Source: Myxococcales bacterium
Lineage (GTDB): Bacteria; Myxococcota_A; Polyangia; Polyangiales; DASUME01
Direction: 5' to 3'
DNA: 64,000 nucleotides
NCBI GenBank assembly: GCA_047601445.1
Contig: JASGJH010000001.1
Span: forward strand, 1,760,001-1,824,000
Shown here: positions 1-9,533 of the stretch, piece by piece
Position numbering within the stretch: the stretch's first letter is position 1
Layout: every line of letters begins with the position of its first letter
Notes under the pieces: generated by a model
What the model was told of the DNA's origin: nothing
What the model saw: the letters and a program-made list of their open reading frames with translations, nothing else
Database searches by the model: none
Position numbers and translations under genes: made by a program

Positions 1-1
1 C

Positions 2-1447
2 CTGACCACGGGTCAGGGCGCGGCAGTCACGAACAAGGTGTTCCGGGTCGACGACGCGGCCGGCTACAACGCGACGCTCAGCCTCGGCGCGACGACCACG
101 CTGTTCACGGCACCCACGGGCACCATCCTCAAGGGCATCGACTTCGTGCCCGCGATCATTGCTTGCGAGCCGGGGTCGTTCTCGACTTCTGGCTTCGCCC
201 CTTGTACCCCTTGCGCCGTCGGCTCCTATCAGGGCCAGCCGGGACAGACCGCCTGTCTGCCCTGTGCCGCGGGCACGTCTCAGGACCTGTCCGGTCAAAC
301 TGCGTGTCTGCCCTGCACGGCCGGCTCCTACCAGGGCCAGTGGGGTCAGACCGCATGTCTGCCTTGTGCCGCCGGCTCCTATCAGAGCCTGTCCGGCCAA
401 ACCGCCTGTCAGCTCTGCGCCGCTGGCGAGTATCAGGGCATGACGGGCCAGACCATGTGCGTCGACTGTAGTCCTGGCTCGTTTGCGGACGCGAGCGGCG
501 CGACGATGTGCCTGCACTGCCTGGCCGGCAGCGCGGCCCCGAGCTCCGGCAGCATCGCGTGCGCGGCTTGTGAAGGCGATACCGTGAGCCCCGACGTGGG
601 CGCGCCGATGTGCCAGAGCTGCCCGGGGGGCCAGCACGCGGATGAATCCCACACCTCGTGTGTGGCACTGCCCTTGGCCTGTGGAGCGGGCTCGTCTTCG
701 TCTTCGGGCTTCGAACCCTGTACGGCCTGTGCGACGGGTTTCTACCAGAGCCAGACGGGTCAGACCGCGTGCATCGCCTGCGATCCCGGCACATTTGCAG
801 ACGTAAGCGGCGAACAGGCGTGCCAGCCGTGCGCACCCGGAACCGCCATCGCCAGCTCTGGCAGCCAGGCCTGCGCACCCTGTGCCGGCGACACCATCAG
901 CGCGAACGCGGGCGCTGAGACCTGTCAGGCCTGCCCCGCGGGCCAACACGCGGACGCTTCCCACACCGCTTGCGTCCTGCCGCCGGCGTGTACCGCTGGG
1001 TCGTTCTCGGCTTCGGGCCGCGAACCCTGCACGTCCTGCCCGGCCGGCAAGTACCAAAGCCAAGCGGGTCAGACGGCCTGTCTGCCCTGTGCAGTCGGTA
1101 CCGCCCAGAGCCAGACGGGTCAGAGCGCATGCGTCGCATGCAATCCTGGCACGTTTGCGGATGTGAGTGGCGAACAGGCGTGCCAGCCGTGCGCCCCCGG
1201 GAGCGCCGTCGCGAGCTCGGGCAGCCAGGCCTGCGCACCCTGTGCCGGCGACACCATCAGCGCGAACGCGGGCGCGCTGGCCTGCGCGGCCTGCACTGGC
1301 GGCCAGCACGCCAACGCCTCGCACACCGCCTGCGCCACGGGTGTGCAAGGGACTCCGGTTCCTGCGCTATCGGATGGGTTCGCGCTCGCACTTGCTGCCC
1401 TGCTGCTCTTGCTCGGCGACGCGCTGCTCAAGCGCCGCCGAGCGTAG
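2..1447 (+). CDS. Cys-rich repeat (GCC2/GCC3, ephrin-receptor-like) surface protein with C-terminal IPTL-CTERM-like anchor; 5'-truncated by window edge
   Basis: Frame is open from base 2. Tandem 17-aa units CxxCxAGxYQxxxGQTxC. Ends VPALS + hydrophobic helix + KRRR. Confidence 0.85.
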   Translation: MTTGQGAAVTNKVFRVDDAAGYNATLSLGATTTLFTAPTGTILKGIDFVPAIIACEPGSFSTSGFAPCTPCAVGSYQGQPGQTACLPCAAGTSQDLSGQTACLPCTAGSYQGQWGQTACLPCAAGSYQSLSGQTACQLCAAGEYQGMTGQTMCVDCSPGSFADASGATMCLHCLAGSAAPSSGSIACAACEGDTVSPDVGAPMCQSCPGGQHADESHTSCVALPLACGAGSSSSSGFEPCTACATGFYQSQTGQTACIACDPGTFADVSGEQACQPCAPGTAIASSGSQACAPCAGDTISANAGAETCQACPAGQHADASHTACVLPPACTAGSFSASGREPCTSCPAGKYQSQAGQTACLPCAVGTAQSQTGQSACVACNPGTFADVSGEQACQPCAPGSAVASSGSQACAPCAGDTISANAGALACAACTGGQHANASHTACATGVQGTPVPALSDGFALALAALLLLLGDALLKRRRA

Positions 1448-1683
1448 GGGGGCATCCCTGGATCACGCCACACCGCGTCGAGAACGTTTCGCCTCCATCG
1501 GCTGCGGGCGGTTTAGGGGGCGCGGCGGTGCACCGGTGCACTGGATGCAGGCACCCGAAGCGGTGCTCTCGCGACGCGCGATGCGAAGTTCGCTCGCTAC
1601 GCGCGCGCTGTGAGCTCAAAAAAGCGCTGTGCGGCCTCGCCCAGCAAACGTAAAGTACAATCGAGCACAACGGCGCAGCGCGC

Positions 1684-2709
1684 GTGCTTGAAGTACCGGG
1701 AGTATTCTCACTCGTGTCGTCCGCCTTGGCGCTGCAGAGGTTTCCGTTCCTGCACACGCGCTCGCTCGAGCTTGTCGAGCAGCTCCAGTCCGGCATGCAT
1801 GGGCGCACGGTGCTCGAGCGCACCGATCCCAAGCTTGCCTTCGAGTGGCAAGCCAATCGCCTCGTCGTGGGTGAGCTGGCGGTGACGGCGAGCCGCTACG
1901 GCGGTGGGCTGCGCGCAAAGACTGACAACGTCGACCGCATCTACACCCTGCTGATTCCGCAGCACGGTGGCGGGCAAAGCACGCAGGGCCGTGAAGCGAC
2001 GCTGCTGCGGCCCGGACGGATGGCGGCAGTCGTATCCGCGTCCTTGCCCGCAACGGTCGAGGTGGACAGCTACTATCAGGGCTTCGGAGTGCGCATCGCT
2101 GCCGACGTGATGGAGCGCACGTTGCACGCGCTCACTGGCGTCCAGCGCGTGACTCCCCTGTGCTTCGAAGGATCCGTCGATCTCCAACAGGGCGCAGGCG
2201 CCGAACTCATGCGCTTGCTCCAGTTCATCCTCGACGGGGCCAAACACGAGCACTCCGTGCTTCGCACGCCGATCATCGAGGCTCGTCTGAGCGAGGCCTT
2301 CGTGGTGGCCCTACTGCTCGGGGTACGGCACAACCACAGCCATCTCCTCAGAACGGAGCCGCGCGCAATCGAGTCGCGCCACGTGAAGCTCGCCCAGGAG
2401 TACATGGAGGCCAATGCCCATCGGGCGATCACGGCCGCCGAAGTGGCCCAGGCCACCGGCCTCACCATCCGGGCGCTGAACGCCGCCTTTCAAGCCCACG
2501 GCGGCGTGCCCCCCTTCGGCTTTCTGCGCGAGCGACGTCTCGCGCTCGCCCGTGCACGCCTCGCGTCCTCCTCCGCCGCGACCGTGGCCGAGGTCGCACT
2601 CTCCTCGGGCTTCCCGCACCTGGGACGGTTCAGCGTCCAGTACAAGAAACGCTACGGAGAGAGCCCGGTAGAGACCCTCAGGCGTGCACGCAAGCTCCAG
2701 GGTCCTTAG
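1684..2709 (+). CDS. AraC/XylS-family transcriptional regulator
   Basis: C-terminal double HTH (ITAAEVAQATGLTIRAL...TVAEVALSSGFPHLGRFSVQYKKRYGESP) and an N-terminal AraC-binding-like domain. Confidence 0.93.
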   Translation: MLEVPGVFSLVSSALALQRFPFLHTRSLELVEQLQSGMHGRTVLERTDPKLAFEWQANRLVVGELAVTASRYGGGLRAKTDNVDRIYTLLIPQHGGGQSTQGREATLLRPGRMAAVVSASLPATVEVDSYYQGFGVRIAADVMERTLHALTGVQRVTPLCFEGSVDLQQGAGAELMRLLQFILDGAKHEHSVLRTPIIEARLSEAFVVALLLGVRHNHSHLLRTEPRAIESRHVKLAQEYMEANAHRAITAAEVAQATGLTIRALNAAFQAHGGVPPFGFLRERRLALARARLASSSAATVAEVALSSGFPHLGRFSVQYKKRYGESPVETLRRARKLQGP

Positions 2710-2741
2710 AGCGCAGCGCGCTGCAGCCGGTCGCGGCCGAA

Positions 2742-2796
2742 GGTGGATAGCGTCCGATCCAAGGGTGGATAGACCCACTGTTGGCCGCGTGCTTGG
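2742..2796 (+). promoter_or_regulatory. Direct repeat GGTGGATAG x2 (22-bp spacing) plus CGTGCTTGG box; candidate AraC operator/promoter
   Basis: GGTGGATAG at 2742 and 2764, CGTGCTTGG at 2788. The same layout recurs at 4114-4167. Confidence 0.65.
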
Positions 2797-2814
2797 GTCA
2801 GGGCGCGAGGAACC

Positions 2815-4032
2815 ATGACGACACACCTGACTCTTGCTGGTACGCGGCGACGGCGCTCTCTCAGAAGTACGGCACCGACGCTCATGCGGCGGAGTTCGGC
2901 GGCGAGTCTCTTCTTTGTTCTCCTCACCGGCGAGGCCGCCGGTATAGACGCCATCGCCGCTCCGGCCATTGCTCACGCAGACGGGGCTTCCCCCACTGCC
3001 GACCCCGTCGACCCCTCGTGGTCGCCCTGCCCGTGCACTTCGGCTCCGGGCGTTCCGACGTTAAGCGCGAAGAAGGCCGACAGCAAGTGCAAGGATGGCG
3101 GCTTCGAGTTCACCATCGTGCCGCCCGCGGCTGCCGCGCTCTGCGTGAGCCGATACGAGCTGACAGGCGGCCACGGATTCCCGAGCATCCCGGGCACCCA
3201 AACCGTCATCCGCACGGCCATGAACCCGGGCGTTCCGTTTCGATTCACCATCCTGGCCAAGAACTCGCTCGGTAGCAGCTCCTCCCCGAGCATCGAGCTC
3301 ACCTGCCAGGATCCGGTGTGGACCCCTGCAAGCTATCGAGCCAGCACGGACATCGCGATCGGCAAGAACGGCAAGCTGTGGTTCATCGACGGGACGACCA
3401 TCTATCAACTGACCCCCAAGGGGCCGAAGAAGGTCGCTGGTGCCGCCACACGGATCGCGGTTGATCCAGTCGGCGTGCCCTGGGTCATCAACAAGGACAA
3501 CACGATCGCCAAGTGGACCGGAAGCAAGTGGAAGCGCGTGCCGGGACTCGCAACGGACATCGGCATCGGCGCCGACGGTACGGTCTGGATCCTCGGTACG
3601 GACGGCGTCCCGGCCAAGTGGACCATGAAAGACTGGAGCAAAGACACCGGCGCTTCCGGTGTGCGCATTTCGGTGGGCCCGGACGGAAACCCCTGGTTGG
3701 TCACGGCCCTCAACGCCGACATCATCAGGCGCAACGAGGCGGGTGTCTGGGAGCGCCAGGGGATCACCGGCAACGACCTCTCCGTTGGGCCCAGTGGCGG
3801 TGTCTACGTGGTTGGAAACAGCGGACTGTTCTACTGGGACCCGCTCAGCTCGCATGGACAAAAAGACGACCAGAGTGAGCACTGGGCCATGGAGCTCAAT
3901 GTGTTCGGCGACGTCGTTGCCGCCGGCGAGGGACACATGAATGCGTGGGTTGGAAGCTCGAGTGAGCCAGTCCTGGTGCGCAGCATGAGCGCAGTCACGC
4001 CGGCACCGGCCCGAGCTCGTTCAGCGCGCTAA
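2815..4032 (+). CDS. Secreted FN3-like + tectonin-type beta-propeller protein
   Basis: Signal-like N-terminus (…PAIAHA). Repeats ATDIGIGADGTVW, RIAVDPVGVPWVIN, RISVGPDGNPW. Confidence 0.8.
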   Translation: MTTHLTLAGTRRRRSLRSTAPTLMRRSSAASLFFVLLTGEAAGIDAIAAPAIAHADGASPTADPVDPSWSPCPCTSAPGVPTLSAKKADSKCKDGGFEFTIVPPAAAALCVSRYELTGGHGFPSIPGTQTVIRTAMNPGVPFRFTILAKNSLGSSSSPSIELTCQDPVWTPASYRASTDIAIGKNGKLWFIDGTTIYQLTPKGPKKVAGAATRIAVDPVGVPWVINKDNTIAKWTGSKWKRVPGLATDIGIGADGTVWILGTDGVPAKWTMKDWSKDTGASGVRISVGPDGNPWLVTALNADIIRRNEAGVWERQGITGNDLSVGPSGGVYVVGNSGLFYWDPLSSHGQKDDQSEHWAMELNVFGDVVAAGEGHMNAWVGSSSEPVLVRSMSAVTPAPARARSAR

Positions 4033-4051
4033 GCGACGGCGCTACGCCAGC

Positions 4052-4167
4052 GCTATCCAGTTTCAGCAGACGGCTATCCAGCTTGAACACACGGCTATCC
4101 AGTTCGGGAAAAAGTGGATAGACCCCCAACGAAAGGTGGATTGCCGATCAAACGGCACCGTGCTTGG
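4052..4167. promoter_or_regulatory. Array of five phased GGATAG-type sites (3 reverse + 2 forward) plus CGTGCTTGG box; candidate AraC operator
   Basis: GCTATCCAG at 4052, 4073, 4094 (21-bp period). GTGGATAG at 4114 and GTGGATTG at 4136 (22 bp apart). CGTGCTTGG at 4159. Confidence 0.7.
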
Positions 4168-4288
4168 CCTGCATAGACGCGGCGATAGCTGAATGTCTTG
4201 AATCAGCCCAAGGTCAGGTGTGTCACGCGCTGCTCAAGGCACTCGCGCGGTACCGCACGCGTCCACCACACGTTCAGAAGGATCCAAG

Positions 4289-6211
4289 ATGCGTAGTAAC
4301 GTTGGCTCTGTTCGCAGGCGTTTCCTCTGCATGACCGGAGCTCTGCTCCTGGCGACCTGCGCGGTCGCGCGACCTGCGCGCGCTCAATCCGTCCCCTCGG
4401 AGCCCACGGCGCTCACGGCGACGCCGGGCAACGCCTCGGCCACTCTCAAGTGGGCCCCCCCCACGAGCGACGGCGGATCACCTATCACCGCATACTACGT
4501 GTGGTGCAACGGTGCGGGGACGGTGATCGTCCTTCAGGGAAACCAGTACACGAAGACGGTCACCGGCATGCAAAATGGGAGATCGTACAACTGTCAGGTA
4601 AATGCAGTGAACGCGGTGGGCCAAGGTCAGGCCATCTTCGTCACCGCGCTTCCTGTCGCGCCGCCAACTCCTCCTGCGACCCCGCAGGGACTCAACGTAG
4701 CAGCGCAGGACGCGCAGGCGTCTTGTACATGGGCCGCATCGACGAGCAACGGAGGGCCTGCGGTCACCGGCTACAGCGTGACCGCGAGCCCCGGAGGGCT
4801 CACATGCACCACCACGGGAGATCTCTCCTGCACGATCGCGGGACTCAGCAACGGAACGCTCTATTCGTTCACCGTGACGGCGACGAACGCAGATGGAACC
4901 AGCGCGCCGAGCAAGGCCTTCACAGCGACCGTCGGTTTCGCCAACACAGCTCCCACAGCTCCGACCTCGGTCTCCGCGGCGCCAAACGGCTCGGCCGCCG
5001 CGGTGCTACTGACCTGGGGCGAACCGGCAAGCAACGGTGGCTCCACGATCAAACAGTACCAAGTGGATTCGTCGCCCGCGCTGGGGAATTGCGCCGTTCC
5101 TACGAACAGTGACGGCACACCCAAAGACGTCACCAAAGACCGTGTCTGCGTCTTCTCCTCTCTCAAGGCCTCTACCTCCTACTCGTTCACTGTGACGGCG
5201 ATCAATGATGTGGGGAAGGGAGCCGCCAGCTCGCCGGTGACGTTCCTCTCTGCTGGTGTCCCGGGCGCGCCCACGGCGCTCAAGGCGACTGCAGGTAGCA
5301 ACTCGGTCACTCTCAACTGGGCGGCTCCAACGAGCGACGGTGGAGCACCAATCTCCTCGTACACCACGACTTGCGGGGCCGTGAGCGCAGCGCCCACTGG
5401 CATTCGCTACACGGGGACGTTGGCAGGTCTAGCGGCTGGCGTGCAGGTCACTTGCACCGTGTTCGCACGGAACACCATGGGGAATGGTGCATCCGCCACC
5501 ATCACCGCGGTGCCGCTTGCACCGCCGCCGACCACGAGTTTCGTGCAGGTCGCGCCGCCGTCGGGAAAGACGTTCACCAGCGCGAGCGTCGGCGACAGCG
5601 CATTCTTCGGTGGCATCGCCGCCGGCGAGGCGTGGAAGTGGGGCTCGAGCGCCTGGAGCACATGGAAGAATCCGTCAACGGTTGCGCTGAGCCAGATCGC
5701 GTACGGCAAGGGCGGCGAGCTATGGGTCCTCGACGTTCAAGGCAGGATCTGGAGCATGGTCTACGCCCCCAACTGGACGTCCGTCTCCGGCACACTGAAG
5801 CAGATCTCGGTCGGCAGCGCGGACAACGTCTGGGGCGTCAACGCGGGCGGAAACATCTACAAGTGGAATCGGAGCACGACGAAGTGGTCGCAGATGCCCG
5901 GACTTCTCGGGGCCGTGAGCGTGGCGGCGGACGGCACGGTGTGGGGACTTGCGCAGGATTACAAGTCCATCTTGCGCTGGAACGGCACGGCCTTCGTCAC
6001 CTTTACGGGCACGCTCAACGCGATCTCGGCAGGTAGCGCCTCGAACGTGTGGGGAGTCACCGCGAGCGGGACTGTCTACAAGCTCAACGCGGCAGGCACC
6101 GGCTGGGGAAAGCCCCTCGTTCCAACCGGAGCCTTCGTCAACGTGAGCGTGGCCTCCGACGGCACAGTCCTTCTGCTTCGGAACGATGGAACGGTCTGGA
6201 AAGGCAAATAG
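4289..6211 (+). CDS. Secreted protein with four fibronectin type III domains and a C-terminal tectonin propeller
   Basis: FN3 motifs (WAPPTSDGGSPITAY, YSFTVTATN). Tectonin repeats (LKQISVGSADNVWGVN). Start chosen at the ATG after GAAGGA, with an RRRFL signal peptide. Confidence 0.88.
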   Translation: MRSNVGSVRRRFLCMTGALLLATCAVARPARAQSVPSEPTALTATPGNASATLKWAPPTSDGGSPITAYYVWCNGAGTVIVLQGNQYTKTVTGMQNGRSYNCQVNAVNAVGQGQAIFVTALPVAPPTPPATPQGLNVAAQDAQASCTWAASTSNGGPAVTGYSVTASPGGLTCTTTGDLSCTIAGLSNGTLYSFTVTATNADGTSAPSKAFTATVGFANTAPTAPTSVSAAPNGSAAAVLLTWGEPASNGGSTIKQYQVDSSPALGNCAVPTNSDGTPKDVTKDRVCVFSSLKASTSYSFTVTAINDVGKGAASSPVTFLSAGVPGAPTALKATAGSNSVTLNWAAPTSDGGAPISSYTTTCGAVSAAPTGIRYTGTLAGLAAGVQVTCTVFARNTMGNGASATITAVPLAPPPTTSFVQVAPPSGKTFTSASVGDSAFFGGIAAGEAWKWGSSAWSTWKNPSTVALSQIAYGKGGELWVLDVQGRIWSMVYAPNWTSVSGTLKQISVGSADNVWGVNAGGNIYKWNRSTTKWSQMPGLLGAVSVAADGTVWGLAQDYKSILRWNGTAFVTFTGTLNAISAGSASNVWGVTASGTVYKLNAAGTGWGKPLVPTGAFVNVSVASDGTVLLLRNDGTVWKGK

Positions 6212-6295
6212 GACCTGTCGTGTCTTCGCTCGCGCGCCCGACGGCGCGCTTCGACCTCGATGCCAAGAAACTCAAACAGAAGTGAGAAGAGATCG

Positions 6296-7963
6296 ATGCC
6301 AAGAGAACTGACAGCCAATCGTTCCGCGCGCTGGCGGCGCCTCGCCAGAGCCTTCGCAGCGCTGCTTGTGCAAGGGCCATACGCGGCGTGCCTCGTCGTC
6401 GCCATCGTGGGTCCTGCCATCGCGCACGCACAGACGGCGGCACCGCCAGCGCCCATCATGGATTCCGTGATTCCCTCGGGCGCCGACCAAGTCCAGGTGT
6501 CGATCAAGGCGCCTCCGGGGTACGTCCCAGCCGCTGGTGAAGTGAAGATCAACTACACCATTTTTGTTCGTGACTACTCGGGCACAGTCACCAAGGCCCT
6601 CTCGGTTGTGGCGGGCGCCGCGTCGTTCACCTTGCCCATGAACGCCAAGTGCAACTTCCCCACAACGTTCACCGCCCAGGTGGCAAACAGCGTCGGCACC
6701 AGCCCGGTCAGCAATGCGATCGTGGTGACCAACAAGCATGAATCCTGCCCCGCGGCGGATCCGGCCTTCACTGCGGCGCCGGTGCTGTCGCAAGGCAGCA
6801 GGACTGCAAACACCGTCGCCCTCGCGTGGAAGGCGCCGCCTCAAGTGGTGAGGAGCTATCTACTCGAGATCGTCGGTGGTCCAGTGGGCGCACCAAAGAA
6901 CGTCGGACTCGTCACGAGCTACAGCGCGACCTTGACCTGCGCTCCCTACAGCTTTCGGGTGGCCGCCCTCAACAACGGAAACGTGAGCGCATGGAGCAAC
7001 AAGATCGCGACGACATGTTCTTGCACAGCGGCCCCTGCTGCGATCGCCAATTTCACGGTGAAGCAGAGCGAGCTGTCGTGTAGCAGCGGACTCGGCATCA
7101 CGTTCGCTCAACCCGCGACCACCGCGAACTGTCCGCTCTCGTACACGTTGGACGAGAGCGGCGTAACCAGCAAGACCCTCGGGCCCGCGCTGCCAGACGG
7201 CAGCTTCAGCATCGCTCCCTTTGGAGCAGGCGTGCACAAATGGACGCTCAGGGCCCGCAATGCGATCGGTACGGGCCCGCTCTCTCCAGTCGTCACGTAC
7301 ACCTGCCCCAACTGGCTGACGCAGACGTTCCAGGCCACCGACATCGCCGTGGGGAAGAACGGCGCGGTGTGGTTCATCGACGGCGACAAGATCTACCAAT
7401 TGACCGCGTCGGGGCCCCAGTTGATTCCTGGTGGTGCGACGAGGATTGCGGTCGATCCGGAAGGCAATGCTTGGATCGTCAACGCAGATGGTGCCATCTA
7501 CACCTGGTTTCGATCGGCCTGGCTGAACATCCCTTGGGACCCGGTCACCGACGTCGGAGTCGGCGCCAATGGCAACGTCTTCGTCATCCGAAAATCGGAC
7601 GGCCGTCCGCTGCTCTACAACGGAGCGGGGGCGTTCAAGGAGACGGTCGGTACTGCGGTGCGTATCTCGGTCGGCACGGACGGATACCCCTGGATTGTCA
7701 CGCCGAGTGGCCAGCTGCACAGGTTGTTGACCAACGGCGCGTGGGAGGTTCAAACGATCACGAACGTCTCCGACGTCTCGGTCGGAGCTGGCGGAACGTA
7801 CGTCGTTGGAGGCGGTGGTCAGATTTACCGCTGGAACGGCTCCTCGTGGGTCCCTGAGGAACGCGCGAAGGGTTCGGTCGTTGCGGCTGGCAGCGCAGCG
7901 CCGACCGTGTGGGTCGGGGCACCCGGCAAGCCCGTCGTGAAGCGTGAGATGCTCCCTCAGTAA
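6296..7963 (+). CDS. Secreted FN3 + tectonin propeller protein, paralog of 2815-4032
   Basis: Signal peptide ending PAIAHA. FN3-like segments. Propeller ATDIAVGKNGAVWFIDG…ATRIAVDPEG closely matches the 2815 gene. Confidence 0.85.
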   Translation: MPRELTANRSARWRRLARAFAALLVQGPYAACLVVAIVGPAIAHAQTAAPPAPIMDSVIPSGADQVQVSIKAPPGYVPAAGEVKINYTIFVRDYSGTVTKALSVVAGAASFTLPMNAKCNFPTTFTAQVANSVGTSPVSNAIVVTNKHESCPAADPAFTAAPVLSQGSRTANTVALAWKAPPQVVRSYLLEIVGGPVGAPKNVGLVTSYSATLTCAPYSFRVAALNNGNVSAWSNKIATTCSCTAAPAAIANFTVKQSELSCSSGLGITFAQPATTANCPLSYTLDESGVTSKTLGPALPDGSFSIAPFGAGVHKWTLRARNAIGTGPLSPVVTYTCPNWLTQTFQATDIAVGKNGAVWFIDGDKIYQLTASGPQLIPGGATRIAVDPEGNAWIVNADGAIYTWFRSAWLNIPWDPVTDVGVGANGNVFVIRKSDGRPLLYNGAGAFKETVGTAVRISVGTDGYPWIVTPSGQLHRLLTNGAWEVQTITNVSDVSVGAGGTYVVGGGGQIYRWNGSSWVPEERAKGSVVAAGSAAPTVWVGAPGKPVVKREMLPQ

Positions 7964-8081
7964 AGCACCGAGCGAGCTGACGAACACCAGGCCGAGTGCC
8001 CAGTGATCGCGCTTGTGCGGCGCGCGGTCGTCGCTTCCGTGTTGCCGACCTCGCTCACGCGAGCCCGCGCGGCGTACGTCT

Positions 8082-9533
8082 CTACTGGTTCGCCGCGTTG
8101 TCGGGATACGAACGGCCTTCGCCCCAGATGATGCGCACGCCGCCGTGCTGGCCGTTCAAGTAGCCGTCGTAGTTCGTGCTGCCTCCGCCTGCGACCGGTA
8201 CCCAAGGATTGGCCTGCGAGCCATTGCCGCCCGGCTGCACACCGTCGGCGCCCTTGCCTTCGAGACCCACACCACCGCCGGCGCCGCGGGTGCTCGATCC
8301 GCCCACGCCGCCGCCACCGCCGCCACCGGATCCGTTCGTGACGGCTGCATAGCCGTTGCCGCGTCCGCCTGGACCGCTGTAACCACCTGCGCCGCCGGCG
8401 GCTCCGTTGACGCCTCCTTGGCCCCCGCTGAAGCAGGTGCCGCCATAGCCCTGGCTGCCGCCCGAGGCTTCGTTGTCGTTTCGGTTGCCGCCACCCGAGG
8501 CCACGAGCTTGCCGAAGAAACTGGAATCGTTGGTGCCCGCCGCGAAGTTGCCCACGACCACGGCGATCTTGGCGCCCGGCGTGACGGTCATGTCGTTCGC
8601 ATAGCAGAGCTGGCCACCGCCGCCGCCGTAGGGGCCCATGGCCAAGCCACCGGGGCCCACCGCGACCACCGACACGGAAGTGACGCCAGCGGGGACGGTC
8701 CATTGCGTGGTGCCCGGCGCCGTGAACACGGCCTGCTTGCCACACACCACGTAGGGGGCCCTGTAGAGGGCGGTGTTGTAGTCGATCGGGCCGGCACCGT
8801 TGAGGACCGAGCACACCTGGCCGGCAGGACTCCCCGCGATGCTCGCCGTGAGGCTGTAGTTCTGGCCCTTCTCGAAGATGTTGGGCAACTCGAACTCACC
8901 ACTCGCGGTCAGTTTGAGCGAGCCACCGACGTCATCCTTGATCTCGACCGTGAGCCCCGCGCCCACGAAGGCATAGCCACCGACCCTGCTCCCGGGCACA
9001 CAGATCGCCCACGACGCATCGGCCGGATCGTGCTGGCAGACGTAGCGGTCGCGGCAGTTCGCGCGCGTCTGACAGCTGACGAGGCAAGCCGAATACTCGC
9101 GGTTGCTGAACTCGACACACTTGCCCTTCGAACCGCAATCCTCGTCCCTGGAGCAATCCTTGGAGCAGACTCCGCCAGGAAAGCCGATCTCGGATTCGCT
9201 GATGCAGATGTCTTCGCAGTCGCTCTTCTGCGTGCAGGCCTGACTGAGATCCTGAGGTCCCGTCGGACCAGGAGCGCCATCACCGTCGCCGCTGGTGTCA
9301 CCATCGCCGTCGCCGCTCGTGTCGCCGTCACCGGCTGTGTCGCCATCGCCATCGCCTGCGCTACCGCCGTCGCCGACCGCATTCATGCCAGCGTCTGACC
9401 GAGATGAGCCGCCGCCATCTGGCGCCCCGGCGTCGCCCGTCTTCTTGGCGCTCGCGTTGTCGCCGCAAGCGGCGCTCAGCAGGAGCTGCGTGGTGGTGAG
9501 GAATACGAAAACCCTGCGCCTACGACTCAACAT
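8082..9533 (-). CDS. Lipoprotein with GDGD repeats, Cys-rich module and C-terminal glycine-rich (phage-tail-like) domain
   Basis: Lipobox-like LSAAC. GDGDTSGDGD linker. C-terminal FTAPGTTQWTVPAGVTSVSVVAVG…GGGG…GGVRIIWG. Confidence 0.75.
   Translation of the reverse strand: MLSRRRRVFVFLTTTQLLLSAACGDNASAKKTGDAGAPDGGGSSRSDAGMNAVGDGGSAGDGDGDTAGDGDTSGDGDGDTSGDGDGAPGPTGPQDLSQACTQKSDCEDICISESEIGFPGGVCSKDCSRDEDCGSKGKCVEFSNREYSACLVSCQTRANCRDRYVCQHDPADASWAICVPGSRVGGYAFVGAGLTVEIKDDVGGSLKLTASGEFELPNIFEKGQNYSLTASIAGSPAGQVCSVLNGAGPIDYNTALYRAPYVVCGKQAVFTAPGTTQWTVPAGVTSVSVVAVGPGGLAMGPYGGGGGQLCYANDMTVTPGAKIAVVVGNFAAGTNDSSFFGKLVASGGGNRNDNEASGGSQGYGGTCFSGGQGGVNGAAGGAGGYSGPGGRGNGYAAVTNGSGGGGGGGVGGSSTRGAGGGVGLEGKGADGVQPGGNGSQANPWVPVAGGGSTNYDGYLNGQHGGVRIIWGEGRSYPDNAANQ

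Noticed and set aside
2781..2796. TGGC…TTGG (also 4153-4167) as a sigma54 promoter
   Set aside because: The -12 GC is GG in both copies, and AraC proteins do not activate sigma54. Kept only as an unexplained shared box.
4052..4143. Short regularly spaced repeats as a CRISPR array or iterons
   Set aside because: Units are only 9 bp with 12-bp gaps and they change orientation. There is no cas or rep gene. They fit transcription-factor sites better.
6258..6309. Direct repeat CGATGCCAAGA(G)AACT at two alternative starts
   Set aside because: Only two short copies, with no evident function beyond making the start codon ambiguous.
8082..8730. Prophage
   Set aside because: A single Gly-rich domain inside a lipoprotein, with no capsid, terminase or tail genes.
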